From assembly GCA_965215475.1 (NCBI GenBank), contig OZ244061.1:764563-828562 (forward strand): a stretch of DNA of 64,000 bases. The letters run 5' to 3'. Origin of the DNA: Rhodothermales bacterium (lineage in GTDB: Bacteria > Bacteroidota > Rhodothermia > Rhodothermales > Bin80). The stretch's first letter is position 1. The number at the start of each line of letters is the position of its first letter. Shown in pieces: positions 51,872 to 62,276 of the stretch. A model generated the notes under the pieces. It worked only from the letters and a program-made list of their open reading frames with translations, was not told the DNA's origin and did no database searches. A program made the translations under genes and the position numbers.

Positions 51872-53824
51872 ATGAATCTACTCCAAATCTTGGTTCAAAA
51901 ATGTATCCTCCTATGTGCGCTGAGCAGTGTTCTGTTGCTCTCAACTGTTCTGGCACAGGGAACTGCTACCTATACGCTTACATTCACATCAACTTGGTCA
52001 GCTTCTACGCATCCCATAAATTTCCCCTCAAGCCCCCATTTTTCTCCACTCATTGGTGGGACTCACAACAGCTCCGTATCGTTCTGGAATTCTGGATCAA
52101 CTGCCAGTACCGGAATCAAGAATATGGCTGAATTGGGATCGACTTCTGCACTTAGCAGCGAAGTCAATCAAGCAATTAGAGCATTAAATGCCGGCCAAGT
52201 TATCAGTGGAGGGGGGATTGGGCGTTCTCCAGGATCCGCATCATCTACATTTAAGGTGACTGCTGACTTTCACTTGGTGACCGTTACCTCCATGCTTGCT
52301 CCCAGTCCAGACTGGTTTGTTGGTGTATCAGGACTGAATTTGCTCGATGGCTCAAATAACTGGAAGCAAAGAGAAGAAGTTGAGTTATTTGTCTACGACG
52401 CCGGGACGGATAGTGGAACCGACTATACCTCCTCGAATTCCCCAACCAATCCTCGTGAGAATATAAGTGGTATCAATACTTCTCCCTTTTTGGTGAACGG
52501 GACGGTTAAATCCGTCGGCACGTTTGTCTTTGTACTGCAATCAAGTACCCCTACGGCCCCTGGTGCACCCACATCACTCAGTGCAACTCCAGACGGGCAA
52601 ACTGCCATTGACCTGAGCTGGACCGCTCCGGCAAGTGACGGAGGCGCACCGATTACAGGATACAAAATTGAAGTCTCCATAGATGAAGGGGGCAGTTTCA
52701 CGGATCTGGTCGCGAACACGGGCAATGCAAACACATCTTACTCGCACACGGGATTGAGTGCGGACACCCGACGTGACTACCGTGTAAGCGCCATCAACTC
52801 TGTAGGCACTGGGCCAGTTTCCAATGAGGCGAATGCAACCACGGATTCAGTGAAAGATACCCCTATGCCTGAAGTGAGTTTATCTGCGGATCAAAATTCT
52901 GTTGCGGAAGGAGATCTTGTAAAGGTGACGGTAGAGCTGTCTGCAGCTCAGCAAATTGACGTAACTGTCCCTTTGATTCTCACTGCCGGAACTGCCGAAT
53001 CCGATGATTTTGACAATGTCTCTCCCGTAAATGTCGTCATTTCCAGTGGCCAAACAAAAATGGATCACCTTATCAATACTTATGAGGATGCAGACACCGA
53101 AGATGAAACCTTCTCCGTAGCCATTTCTAAGGATCACCTCCCCGACGGGATCATTTTGGGGGCTGCTTCTTCCATTGAAATCACGATCACCGATAAAGAT
53201 TTACCCGGGATATCCGCTCCCTCCTCTATCGAAGTTGATGAAGGAAAATCAGAAGAAGTTTCCATCTCTCTTATGACACAACCTTCAAGCAATGTATCCG
53301 TGACCATTACAGGTCATGCAAATGCCGATCTGACACCTGATCCACAGGTGCTGACCTTCACGCCAGACAATTACAATGCTCCCCAGACCGTTACCCTAAC
53401 TACCAACGAAGACGAGGACCTGATCAATGATGAAGTGACCTTGACCTTACAGGCATCTGGTGGAGGCTATGATGATGTATCTGTCACATTGACGATAACC
53501 ATCAGAGATAATATGGGAGTAAATATTGAGGAAGAACCATTATCCACCTCCATTACCCTATGGGGCAATTATCCAAACCCAGTATCCGATCATACGACCA
53601 TCGTGTTTGATCTACCAGAACCTGCACAAATCTCGGTTCTAGTCGTAGATTTACTCGGACGAACCATTCAGACAACCCCATATGGATGGTATGGATCTGG
53701 CACAGGTCATACCGTAGAGGTTGTCACCCAAAACTTGACTTCGGGTATCTATTATTATACCCTGATGGCCGACCTTGGAGATCAATTGATTCGACAATCC
53801 AAATCCATGTCAATTATGAGGTAG
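51872..53824 (+). CDS. Secreted spondin_N + FN3 + Calx-beta-like protein with T9SS C-terminal domain
   Basis: Signal peptide; HFSPLIG, MLAPSPDWFVGV, YDAGTDSG (Spondin_N); FN3; NYPNP...SGIYYY. Confidence 0.9.
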   Translation: MNLLQILVQKCILLCALSSVLLLSTVLAQGTATYTLTFTSTWSASTHPINFPSSPHFSPLIGGTHNSSVSFWNSGSTASTGIKNMAELGSTSALSSEVNQAIRALNAGQVISGGGIGRSPGSASSTFKVTADFHLVTVTSMLAPSPDWFVGVSGLNLLDGSNNWKQREEVELFVYDAGTDSGTDYTSSNSPTNPRENISGINTSPFLVNGTVKSVGTFVFVLQSSTPTAPGAPTSLSATPDGQTAIDLSWTAPASDGGAPITGYKIEVSIDEGGSFTDLVANTGNANTSYSHTGLSADTRRDYRVSAINSVGTGPVSNEANATTDSVKDTPMPEVSLSADQNSVAEGDLVKVTVELSAAQQIDVTVPLILTAGTAESDDFDNVSPVNVVISSGQTKMDHLINTYEDADTEDETFSVAISKDHLPDGIILGAASSIEITITDKDLPGISAPSSIEVDEGKSEEVSISLMTQPSSNVSVTITGHANADLTPDPQVLTFTPDNYNAPQTVTLTTNEDEDLINDEVTLTLQASGGGYDDVSVTLTITIRDNMGVNIEEEPLSTSITLWGNYPNPVSDHTTIVFDLPEPAQISVLVVDLLGRTIQTTPYGWYGSGTGHTVEVVTQNLTSGIYYYTLMADLGDQLIRQSKSMSIMR

Positions 53825-53932
53825 GAAGCAGTCACCTCTGCCAGTCCCATCAGAGGGAGCCTTCTTCATCATCGTGGAGATAGATCCGCAATGATCTGTC
53901 GGGGAACGGATGCCAGAATTTCTCTGCGACCC

Positions 53933-56056
53933 CTATTCCTGACCCTCTTTGGCTGCTGCGGCTACCACTTGTTCCTGTACATTCCTCGGCATCGCCTGGT
54001 AATGGCTAAATCGTGCCGCGTGAATCCCCCGCCCCTGTGTCATTGAACGAACACGAGTTGAGTATTGATACAACTCAGCTTCCGGTACTTGGACCAGGAT
54101 CTTTTGCATGGCCCCCTCCGCTTCCATACCCTTGATGGTTGCACGGCGTCCATTCAAATCCCCCATTACATCTCCCGTATATGCATCCGGTATTGTAACC
54201 TCCACGTCATGGATTGGCTCTAGAATGACTGGTTTGGCTTTGCGGAATGATTCTCTGAATACCATTCGGGCCGCGGTTCGAAAAGCATTCTCATTCGAAT
54301 CTACCGAGTGCATTCCTCCATCAAAGATGACAAATCGAACATCTCCAACTGGGTATCCTGCCACAGGGCCTCGTTGCATGCCTTCCAGAACACCTTTCTG
54401 AATCGCACCGAAAAAGCGCCGCATATCAATCACACCCCCAACTATAGCGTCAATAAATTCAATCGTAGATCCCCACGCCGTTTGAGCTTGAGCAACATTA
54501 CGTACGTTAATATCCGGTCGCTTCCGGAACTCACCATCAAGGGGCTCGATCAAAACCGAAATGTCAGCGAACTGTCCGGCACCTCCTGTCTGTTTCTTGT
54601 GTCGATAAGAATCACGCGCCTCCGTGGTGACGGTTTCGCGATAGGCAACCCTTGGGCGCGTGTATTCTACCTCTACATTCACCTTGGATTTGAGTCGATA
54701 CTGGGCAACTTTCAGATGCATTGCCCCCTGCCCACCCAACGTGATCTGGCTTAGGTGAGGTTCATGGATCACCACCAGAGAAGGGTCTTCTGCCGTGATT
54801 TGATGCAGCCCTTGTGCAAGTTTATCCTCTTCTCCCTCCGTCTTTGCCTGAATCGCTTCACGATAACGGGGTTCAGGAAACGGGATGGGCGTAACAACAA
54901 CCCGATCCCCTTTCTTGTGAAGCGTATTGTTCGTATGCGTATCTCGGAGCTTGACCAACGCCCCGATATCTCCCACATTCATTCTTGATACCGTTTCACG
55001 ATCACGCCCAGATAAAACATAAAGCTGCCCCAAACGCTCAGATGCACCCGACTGTGCGTTTTCGAGATCCATCCCGGACTCAATCGCACCATTACATACA
55101 CGGAAAAATGAATAATCTCCGACATGATGCTCCGCCATCGTACGATAGATAAACACAACCGGATTGCCCTCCGTGCTAAGCGTATTCAGTGTGCCTTCAC
55201 CTACGGAAATCGGAGGGGCCTCCAGTGGAGACGGCACTACATTACCAATAAAACTCATCAGACGAGCAGAGCCAACATTCGTGGTCGCTGCGGTACAAAA
55301 TATTGGGTAGAGCGACCTCTGTAGCATTGCATCCCGAAGCCCCGCTCGCATTTCCTCCTCCGTCAATCGCTCTGACTCCAGATATTTTTCCATCAACTCT
55401 TCATCGCTGACCGCAATATCCTCTACTAATGAATTATGTAACTCTTCTGCGCGATCCCGAAATTCATCCGGAATTTCACTGATGGTAGGTGGTCCCTGAG
55501 AATTGGGATCAAAACTGATTTTTTTCATGATCAGTACATCAATCAATGAATTCGGTGTGTCGCCGGGGAATTGAATGACCGTAATCCCCGAGCCAAAACG
55601 ATCTCGCATTTGTGTAATGAGTGTGTCGACATCGGCTTGGGGGCGATCAATCTGGTTAATCACAAACATGACCGGCTTCTCATTCTCTTTAGCCGCCGCC
55701 CATGCCAGCTCTGTTCCCACTTCAACTCCTTCTTGCGCATTCATCACAAAGATAGAGGTATCTGCTACCCGAACTGCAGCCACAACTTCTCCTACAAAAT
55801 CCGGATACCCTGGCGTATCAATAATGTTAATCTTATGATCATCCCATTCCGTATGTAAAAGGGACGAGAAGATGGACATCTGCCTCTCCTTTTCACTCGG
55901 CTGATAATCACTCACCGTAGATCCTTCTACAACGCTACCTAGTCGTCGTATCTTATTGCCTACAAATAACATAGATTCAGCTAAGGAAGTTTTTCCACTT
56001 CCTTGATGACCAACCAACACAACATTCCGGATGTGTTCAGGATTATATACTTTCAT
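53933..56056 (-). CDS. fusA: Elongation factor G-like protein (EF-G2 type paralogue)
   Basis: GHQGSGKT, DTPGYPDF, HKKQTGGAGQF, HSVDS; not in the str operon. Confidence 0.88.
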   Translation of the reverse strand: MKVYNPEHIRNVVLVGHQGSGKTSLAESMLFVGNKIRRLGSVVEGSTVSDYQPSEKERQMSIFSSLLHTEWDDHKINIIDTPGYPDFVGEVVAAVRVADTSIFVMNAQEGVEVGTELAWAAAKENEKPVMFVINQIDRPQADVDTLITQMRDRFGSGITVIQFPGDTPNSLIDVLIMKKISFDPNSQGPPTISEIPDEFRDRAEELHNSLVEDIAVSDEELMEKYLESERLTEEEMRAGLRDAMLQRSLYPIFCTAATTNVGSARLMSFIGNVVPSPLEAPPISVGEGTLNTLSTEGNPVVFIYRTMAEHHVGDYSFFRVCNGAIESGMDLENAQSGASERLGQLYVLSGRDRETVSRMNVGDIGALVKLRDTHTNNTLHKKGDRVVVTPIPFPEPRYREAIQAKTEGEEDKLAQGLHQITAEDPSLVVIHEPHLSQITLGGQGAMHLKVAQYRLKSKVNVEVEYTRPRVAYRETVTTEARDSYRHKKQTGGAGQFADISVLIEPLDGEFRKRPDINVRNVAQAQTAWGSTIEFIDAIVGGVIDMRRFFGAIQKGVLEGMQRGPVAGYPVGDVRFVIFDGGMHSVDSNENAFRTAARMVFRESFRKAKPVILEPIHDVEVTIPDAYTGDVMGDLNGRRATIKGMEAEGAMQKILVQVPEAELYQYSTRVRSMTQGRGIHAARFSHYQAMPRNVQEQVVAAAAKEGQE

Positions 56057-56202
56057 GAGTTTTATTTTTGATATCCGTTCAAGACGCTGACCGCAAAATA
56101 TACAGCCTGTGAGAGAATTTACCTGCTTTTCTGCTAGAATTGTACTTGATGGAGAACACCCTCGTATAAAACCGTTTAAGTTGCTTGTTGTAGATTAAAT
56201 CA

Positions 56203-57078
56203 ATGCCTTGGTTCAAACGAACAAAAAAGGGAATTCTGACTACTCGTAGTGGCCAGCATGAGATGCCGGCCGGTCAATGGAAGAAGTGCCCTAAATGCGA
56301 TGCGATTAACTCTATAAGGGTACTCAATAGTAACCTTAATATCTGTCCCAAGTGTGGTTATCATGGCCGGTTTGGTTCCAGTAATTACTTTGACTTGCTT
56401 CTGGATGATGGTTCATGTCAACTCCAGGACCAAGAAATTACCTCAACTGATCCCCTTGAGTTTACCGATCGCAAAAGCTATTCGGATCGCCTGGAGAATA
56501 CACGGAAAAAAAGTGGGTTGCCTGATGCGGTTCAATCTGCGATTGGCCAAATGGATCGGCATATGGTTTCGATTGCCGCCATGGATTTTAATTTCATTGG
56601 AGGATCAATGGGGTCCGTGGTCGGCGAAGTAATTGCCCGTACAATCCGTAGAGGAATCGAACAGAAAATCCCTGTTATTGTCATTGCTCAAAGTGGTGGA
56701 GCCCGAATGATGGAAGGGGCCCTCAGCCTCATGCAAATGGCCAAAACCAGTGCGAATCTGGCTATACTACACGAACATGCAATTCCCTACATCTCCATAT
56801 TAACGAATCCAACGACTGGCGGAGTCACGGCATCCTTTGCGATGCTGGGAGATATCAATATTGCCGAACCTGATGCTCTCATTGGTTTTGCGGGCCCCCG
56901 TGTGATCCGCGAAACGATCGGGCAAGATCTCCCGAAAGGATTTCAGAGCTCCGAATTTCTCATTGACCATGGTTTTATTGACTTGGTCGTAGATCGAAGA
57001 GAACTCCGTTCTATCTTAATTCATCTCCTCAATCTTTTCCACGAAGAATCATTGACCAAGAAGCAAGATGGTGATTGA
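56203..57078 (+). CDS. accD: Acetyl-CoA carboxylase carboxyltransferase beta subunit
   Basis: CPKC zinc finger, FIGGSMGSVVGE, SGGARM, PTTGGV, GFAGPRVI. Confidence 0.96.
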   Translation: MPWFKRTKKGILTTRSGQHEMPAGQWKKCPKCDAINSIRVLNSNLNICPKCGYHGRFGSSNYFDLLLDDGSCQLQDQEITSTDPLEFTDRKSYSDRLENTRKKSGLPDAVQSAIGQMDRHMVSIAAMDFNFIGGSMGSVVGEVIARTIRRGIEQKIPVIVIAQSGGARMMEGALSLMQMAKTSANLAILHEHAIPYISILTNPTTGGVTASFAMLGDINIAEPDALIGFAGPRVIRETIGQDLPKGFQSSEFLIDHGFIDLVVDRRELRSILIHLLNLFHEESLTKKQDGD

Positions 57079-57790
57079 ACGCTTACAGGATTACGAATCT
57101 GTCAGTAAACGTGCGGCAGAGATTGTATCCGAGGCTATTTCTAAAACCCCCTCCGGTGTATTTGGCTTTGCAACCGGCAGTACTCCCGAGAGGCTCTACG
57201 AATTAATCGTCTCTGGTTATCAGAACGGTGAAATCTCGTTTGATCAACTCACTACGGTAAATCTGGATGAATACATCGGACTACCCACGGGCCATGAGCA
57301 ATCTTATGCGACGTTTATGCAATCCCATCTATTTGGACATGTCAACGTAAGGCCAGATTCTATTCACTTCCCCTCTGCAATCCCGGATCCGTCAACTTTT
57401 GAGCAACTCATTCAGACTCTGGGTGGGATTGACCTTCAGATTCTGGGCCTTGGTAGCAATGGTCATATTGGTTTCAATGAGCCTGGCTCTCCGTTTGATT
57501 CTCGAACCAGGGTCGTCTCTCTCGCTCCATCAACGATTCAGGATAATGCCCGATTTTTTGATTCCATCGAAGATGTACCCACGCAAGCAGTGACGATGGG
57601 AATACAGACAATTATGGAAGCACGCAAGATTTTATTGCTCGCATGTGGCCCTGCAAAAGCTGAGGCGGTCGCACGGTGTCTACAGGAGCCACAGACAGAT
57701 GATGTGCCTGGAAGTTGTTTACAAGCTCATTCCAATGTCACCATATTATTGGATGAAGATGCAGCTTCTGGTCTCATAAATAAACCCTAG
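57068..57790 (+). CDS. nagB: Glucosamine-6-phosphate deaminase
   Basis: ATGSTP, NLDEY, NGHIGFNEPG. Confidence 0.95.
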   Translation: MVIERLQDYESVSKRAAEIVSEAISKTPSGVFGFATGSTPERLYELIVSGYQNGEISFDQLTTVNLDEYIGLPTGHEQSYATFMQSHLFGHVNVRPDSIHFPSAIPDPSTFEQLIQTLGGIDLQILGLGSNGHIGFNEPGSPFDSRTRVVSLAPSTIQDNARFFDSIEDVPTQAVTMGIQTIMEARKILLLACGPAKAEAVARCLQEPQTDDVPGSCLQAHSNVTILLDEDAASGLINKP

Positions 57791-57803
57791 ATCTACTTGA
57801 ACC

Positions 57804-58925
57804 GTGATCCTGATACTAAAACCAAATACGGAACAGGAGTCTCCTCGATATGAACTCCTGACTCGCTACCTGGATTCTCTGGTCAATATTACCTATCAAG
57901 CTCGACACATTCAAGGTATTGGACAGAAGTTGACGGAGATTTATCTACTTGGGGATACCAAATCTCTCTCCATGGATTTCATGCGAAGCCTTCCCTGTGT
58001 GCAGCGCGTAGTACGCGTACAGGAAGCCTACCGAGTGCTTGGAAGACATGGCCAAGAAGACTTTCCTCACCAATTTGAATACAACGGAATCACATTCAAT
58101 CAGACGAATCTCCACGTATTTGCTGGGCTGTGCGCCGTCGATACTCCTGAACATGTGGAACTGATGATGAAGGCACTCAAGAAAAATGATCAAGCCTGTA
58201 CCCGCATGGGAGCCTACAAACCGCGTACCAATCCTTATTCTTTTCAGGGACATGGAAAAACCTGTCTCCCTTATGTTTTCGAACTTGCTGGTAAATATGA
58301 CATCCGTATCATTTGTATGGAGATTACTCATGAGTCACATATCTCAGAAATTCATGAAACTCTTGAGGCTACAGGGAATCCTACGGGGGTCATGCTACAG
58401 ATTGGCACGCGGAATACTCAGAATTTTGAACTGCTCAAGTGTGCCGGCCGCCAAGATGATTACCCTGTGCTCATCAAGAGAGGATTTGGGATCACTCTGA
58501 ATGAATCACTGAATGCCGCAGAATATCTCGCTAGTGAGGGCAATCGACGCGTGATTTTTGCTCTACGTGGAATGAAAACGAATTTAGGTGATCCTCATCG
58601 AAATTTTGTTGATTTTTCGCATGTCCCTGTAGTGCATCGACTCACTAGAATGCCTGTCTGTATTGATCCATCTCATTCTGTCGGGAGCCGACAACGAAGC
58701 CCCAATGGATTAATGGATGTCATGCATGCCACGGCTCAGGGCATTATTGCCGGAGCAAACATGATTCTTGTTGACTTTCATCCAAAACCTGCCAAAGCAT
58801 TGGTAGACGGCCCTCAGGCACTGCGTCTGGATGAACTCTCATTTTTTCTGGAAGATGTTCAGATCGCGCGTGATGCCTATGTCAAACGTGTTGAACTGGC
58901 TCAGTCTCGGCAAGAAGCTGCATAG
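57804..58925 (+). CDS. 3-deoxy-7-phosphoheptulonate (DAHP) synthase, class I beta
   Basis: GAYKPRTNPYSFQG, LQIGTRNTQNF, IKRG, DPSH. Confidence 0.92.
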   Translation: MILILKPNTEQESPRYELLTRYLDSLVNITYQARHIQGIGQKLTEIYLLGDTKSLSMDFMRSLPCVQRVVRVQEAYRVLGRHGQEDFPHQFEYNGITFNQTNLHVFAGLCAVDTPEHVELMMKALKKNDQACTRMGAYKPRTNPYSFQGHGKTCLPYVFELAGKYDIRIICMEITHESHISEIHETLEATGNPTGVMLQIGTRNTQNFELLKCAGRQDDYPVLIKRGFGITLNESLNAAEYLASEGNRRVIFALRGMKTNLGDPHRNFVDFSHVPVVHRLTRMPVCIDPSHSVGSRQRSPNGLMDVMHATAQGIIAGANMILVDFHPKPAKALVDGPQALRLDELSFFLEDVQIARDAYVKRVELAQSRQEAA

Positions 58926-60688
58926 ATGGTTTCGGCTCGCTCAATTAAACTCTCAATCTCACTGAGTCCCTTGTTCCAGAATTCTGGATCTTGTAAATCA
59001 ATTCCCAAGCGACCTACAAGGATATGTGGCCAATCGGATCCACCAGATTTCATCAACTCAACATATCGATCTGGAAATTCGTCAGGAGATTCAAGGTATC
59101 GTTTATATAAAGCCATCACCAATAGTTCTCCAAACGCATACGCGTACACATAGCCTGGGGTATGCAAAAAATGCGGGATATAACTCCACCAACTTTGATA
59201 CTGCTCTGTAAGCTCTATACTCTTGCCATACATTGCAGATTGAGTGGATATCCAGTGCTTGGCAAATTTATCTGTAGACAATTCCCCTTCTTCACGCCGT
59301 GAAGTGTGGATTGCATCCTCAAATCGATTCATCGTTACTTGACGAAAGACGGTTGCCATGGTATCATCAATCTTGCTCACTAGCAACGTCAGGACATTAC
59401 GAGGATTCGGTTCTTGTGCCAACAAGCGCTGGAACGTCAGCATCTCGCCAAATACGGAAGCCGTCTCTGCCGTGGTCAACGGTGTCGAGGCCTGCAAATA
59501 CCCCTGCTCTCTTGAAAGGAATTGATGCACTCCGTGACCAAGCTCATGTGCAAGGGTTTGTACATCTCGTGCACGTCCTGTATAGTTCAACAGTACATAG
59601 GGATGCACACTAGGGACTGCCCCATGGCTGAACGCTCCGCCTTGCTTGCCTTTCCTTACTGGTGCATCAATCCACTTTTCTTCAAAGAAACGTTCCGCAA
59701 CATCCGCCAAAAGGGGATGAAAGCTTCGGTAACTTTCCAGTGTTATTTGTTTTGCTTCATTCCATGAGTAATGGGTATCGCTCTCCCCCACCGGTGCATA
59801 TCGATCATAATCATAGAGCGGGTTTAGCCCGAGAATTTTCGCCTTCAGTTCATAAAAACGAGCGACCAAATCATAGCGACTGATGACTGAATGTATGAGA
59901 GCATCAGCCGTCTCATCTGTGATTTCATTCCCTAGGTTACGGGATTTTAGCCAATGTGGTAATCCTCGCATGCGATCATTTGCCGCCTTATCCGCAAGGA
60001 GAGTATTGAAGATATATGTAAGTGTATGCTCATTCGAGATCAGTCCTTCAGAAAAACTATCCGCTGCCTCTTTACGAATTCCCCGATCATGAGCATGAAG
60101 CTTGGTCAGCAGAATCTCTTGAGGAAGAGATTCTCCCTGAAATGTGAAACGCATTCTGCTGATTGTTTCCGTAAAGAACCGTATCCAGGCAGATCTCCCG
60201 GTTACTTGTGTCTCTGAAAGAATCCTTTCCTCAGGCTCCGACAGTGTATACTCCGTGAGTAGTCTCTCACATTCGAGAAAATGACGATACCCAGCAAGTT
60301 CGTCATCTTCCATAAGCATCCTAGCCTGATCCTCCTCCACTCTCATCCATTCCAGCCCAAAGAATAGCAGACTTTTGCTAATCTGCGTATACAACTCACG
60401 AACATGCTGTAAAAGAGCTCCACGTTCTGGATCATCCGTCGCCGTAACCCACGAGAGATAGGCATAGGTCATCGCTCGACCAATCCTCTCCTGAATCAAC
60501 TCATACTTACTGAGTGCGCTCCTCAGCTGAACTGCATCCAGATCTGCTATCTTGCCTCTCCATGACTTGTTAAACCCTTCAGCTTCACGCGTGATCTCAT
60601 TCAGATCGTTTTGTACATCAGACTCGCTCAGATATAGATGCGTCAGATCCCAATTAACCTTTTCTGCGCCTGTCGTTTGTGTATCCAT
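58901..60688 (-). CDS. pepF: M3B oligoendopeptidase F
   Basis: TLAHELGH, AETAS, WSYIPHF, YVYAYAFG. Confidence 0.93.
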   Translation of the reverse strand: MDTQTTGAEKVNWDLTHLYLSESDVQNDLNEITREAEGFNKSWRGKIADLDAVQLRSALSKYELIQERIGRAMTYAYLSWVTATDDPERGALLQHVRELYTQISKSLLFFGLEWMRVEEDQARMLMEDDELAGYRHFLECERLLTEYTLSEPEERILSETQVTGRSAWIRFFTETISRMRFTFQGESLPQEILLTKLHAHDRGIRKEAADSFSEGLISNEHTLTYIFNTLLADKAANDRMRGLPHWLKSRNLGNEITDETADALIHSVISRYDLVARFYELKAKILGLNPLYDYDRYAPVGESDTHYSWNEAKQITLESYRSFHPLLADVAERFFEEKWIDAPVRKGKQGGAFSHGAVPSVHPYVLLNYTGRARDVQTLAHELGHGVHQFLSREQGYLQASTPLTTAETASVFGEMLTFQRLLAQEPNPRNVLTLLVSKIDDTMATVFRQVTMNRFEDAIHTSRREEGELSTDKFAKHWISTQSAMYGKSIELTEQYQSWWSYIPHFLHTPGYVYAYAFGELLVMALYKRYLESPDEFPDRYVELMKSGGSDWPHILVGRLGIDLQDPEFWNKGLSEIESLIERAETIYAASCRD

Positions 60689-60771
60689 TACATCATCAAA
60701 ATTAGGAGCCGCATAGAACCTTGATTCCTTTAAATTGTTGTAGCGTGCCCCAAAACTAATTCACTATTCTG

Positions 60772-61092
60772 ATGCCTTATCAATCAATTGATTCCATTCA
60801 TGATTTCGATGCAGTCCTGAAACAATCCAATTCCGAAACGGTCGCAGTCTTCAAGCATAGTTCCACTTGTGATCTATCTGCTACGGCCAAGAGCGAAATG
60901 GTGAACGTCAAGCTCCCTGTCTTTGAGCTTGTGGTTCAGACGGCACGTCCACTATCCAATCATATAGAAGCTCATTTTGGAATTCGACATGAATCCCCAC
61001 AAGTGATCTTGATCTCTCAGGGCAAGCCCATCTATAATGCATCTCACCTAGCTGTGACTGCAGACAGTATCCACGCAGCGGCTACGCAGTAG
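60772..61092 (+). CDS. ytxJ: Bacillithiol system monothiol redox protein, YtxJ family
   Basis: FKHSSTC, IRHESPQ, YNASH. Confidence 0.9.
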   Translation: MPYQSIDSIHDFDAVLKQSNSETVAVFKHSSTCDLSATAKSEMVNVKLPVFELVVQTARPLSNHIEAHFGIRHESPQVILISQGKPIYNASHLAVTADSIHAAATQ

Positions 61093-61150
61093 CGGCCTGA
61101 AAGCCGGGGGAAAAGGTTCTACTGATTTAGGGATCCTATTTCTCACTAAA

Positions 61151-61507
61151 TTATTCGGCAGATGCCTCGTCACCCATACCTGGGGCCGGGCTGAAGAATT
61201 CGGCAAACTTGTTTGTTTTTTTTGCAAATTCTCCGGGATCCTCGGATGGCTCTCTCGTGCGAGTAACATTCGGCCAGAGTTTGGAATATTCGGTATTTAT
61301 TTTGAGCCATCTGGAATCGGGATCATCCTCGATCTCTGATTTGATTGCCTCGACCGGGCATTCGGGTTCGCATACTCCGCAATCAATACATTCATCTGGG
61401 TGAATCACCAACATATTTTCACCCTCATAAAAGCAGTCGACCGGACAAACTTCTACGCAATCCATGTATTTGCAGCGGATGCAAGGATCCGTCACGATAT
61501 AGGTCAT
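61151..61507 (-). CDS. fdxA: 7Fe ferredoxin (FdxA type)
   Basis: [18 protein letters not shown] and [12 protein letters not shown]. Confidence 0.93.
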   Translation of the reverse strand: MTYIVTDPCIRCKYMDCVEVCPVDCFYEGENMLVIHPDECIDCGVCEPECPVEAIKSEIEDDPDSRWLKINTEYSKLWPNVTRTREPSEDPGEFAKKTNKFAEFFSPAPGMGDEASAE

Positions 61508-61843
61508 GAAACTCTATATTAACAGCTTTCTGATTCAACCATTAATTTGCGATTAAACGTTCATGTCGCTGAGTTACCTCATATTGGTGCCTATTTTTCT
61601 ACTCAAACAAACTCTTTCCTTTGCCTTATCTTCAATTGCCTTCACTAACTCAGTTTTGTTCGCCAAGTTAAGCCATGCGGAGTGATTTCCTCTAAATTGT
61701 CTGCGTCTTCATTTGGTTTTCTCACCCCAAAGAGACTGTTTCCGACCATATTTTCTTACGGATACTGACTCTTAATGACAGTGATTTCATCCCCTCACAA
61801 AATCTAGGTTTGTGGTTCCCACTTCTGATTCTGCTACAAAAAA

Positions 61844-62196
61844 TCAATCAATGTGGGAAAACTGAATCCCCTCATGATCCTTCGGCATAACAACTCCTAA
61901 CTCGCCAGAATGAACCATAGAAACCGTACCACTGCTATCAGTGCGACCAATACCTGGATAGCCAATAACAACTCCTAACTCGCCAGAATGAACCATAGAA
62001 ACAGTGCCTGCATGTTCTCTCTGAAGTACTTGTGCCTCTCCATCTTTTCCAATGCTGTGCCGATATGATCCGGCATAAATAAACATGGCATCAGATACCT
62101 GCACACAGTGGATAGATGTTGATGGCCGTGCCCGAAGTAATACATTAAAGAATATCCATAATCTTTAATGTATTGCACGATTCGTTTTAAATCCAC
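61844..62196 (-). pseudogene. Degraded gene fragment, possibly a metallophosphoesterase C-terminus, with internal 38-bp duplication
   Basis: YFGHGHQH then, after a frame change, FIYAGSY; GTVSMVHSGELGVV occurs twice (61887-61924, 61965-62002). Confidence 0.4.
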
Positions 62197-62276
62197 ACCT
62201 TACCCGTCCTGCTTGCATGCGCTCCTTCTCGTCCAGAGATATATCCATCCAGAAGAAAAATCATAATAGAATCTTT

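Noticed and set aside
61887-62002. Two 38-bp direct repeats ending in GAAAC with a 40-bp spacer, resembling a mini CRISPR array
   Set aside because: Only two copies and no cas genes. The period is 78 bp (26 codons), and similarity extends by synonymous changes (GGC ACT/GGT ACG), so it is a coding duplication.
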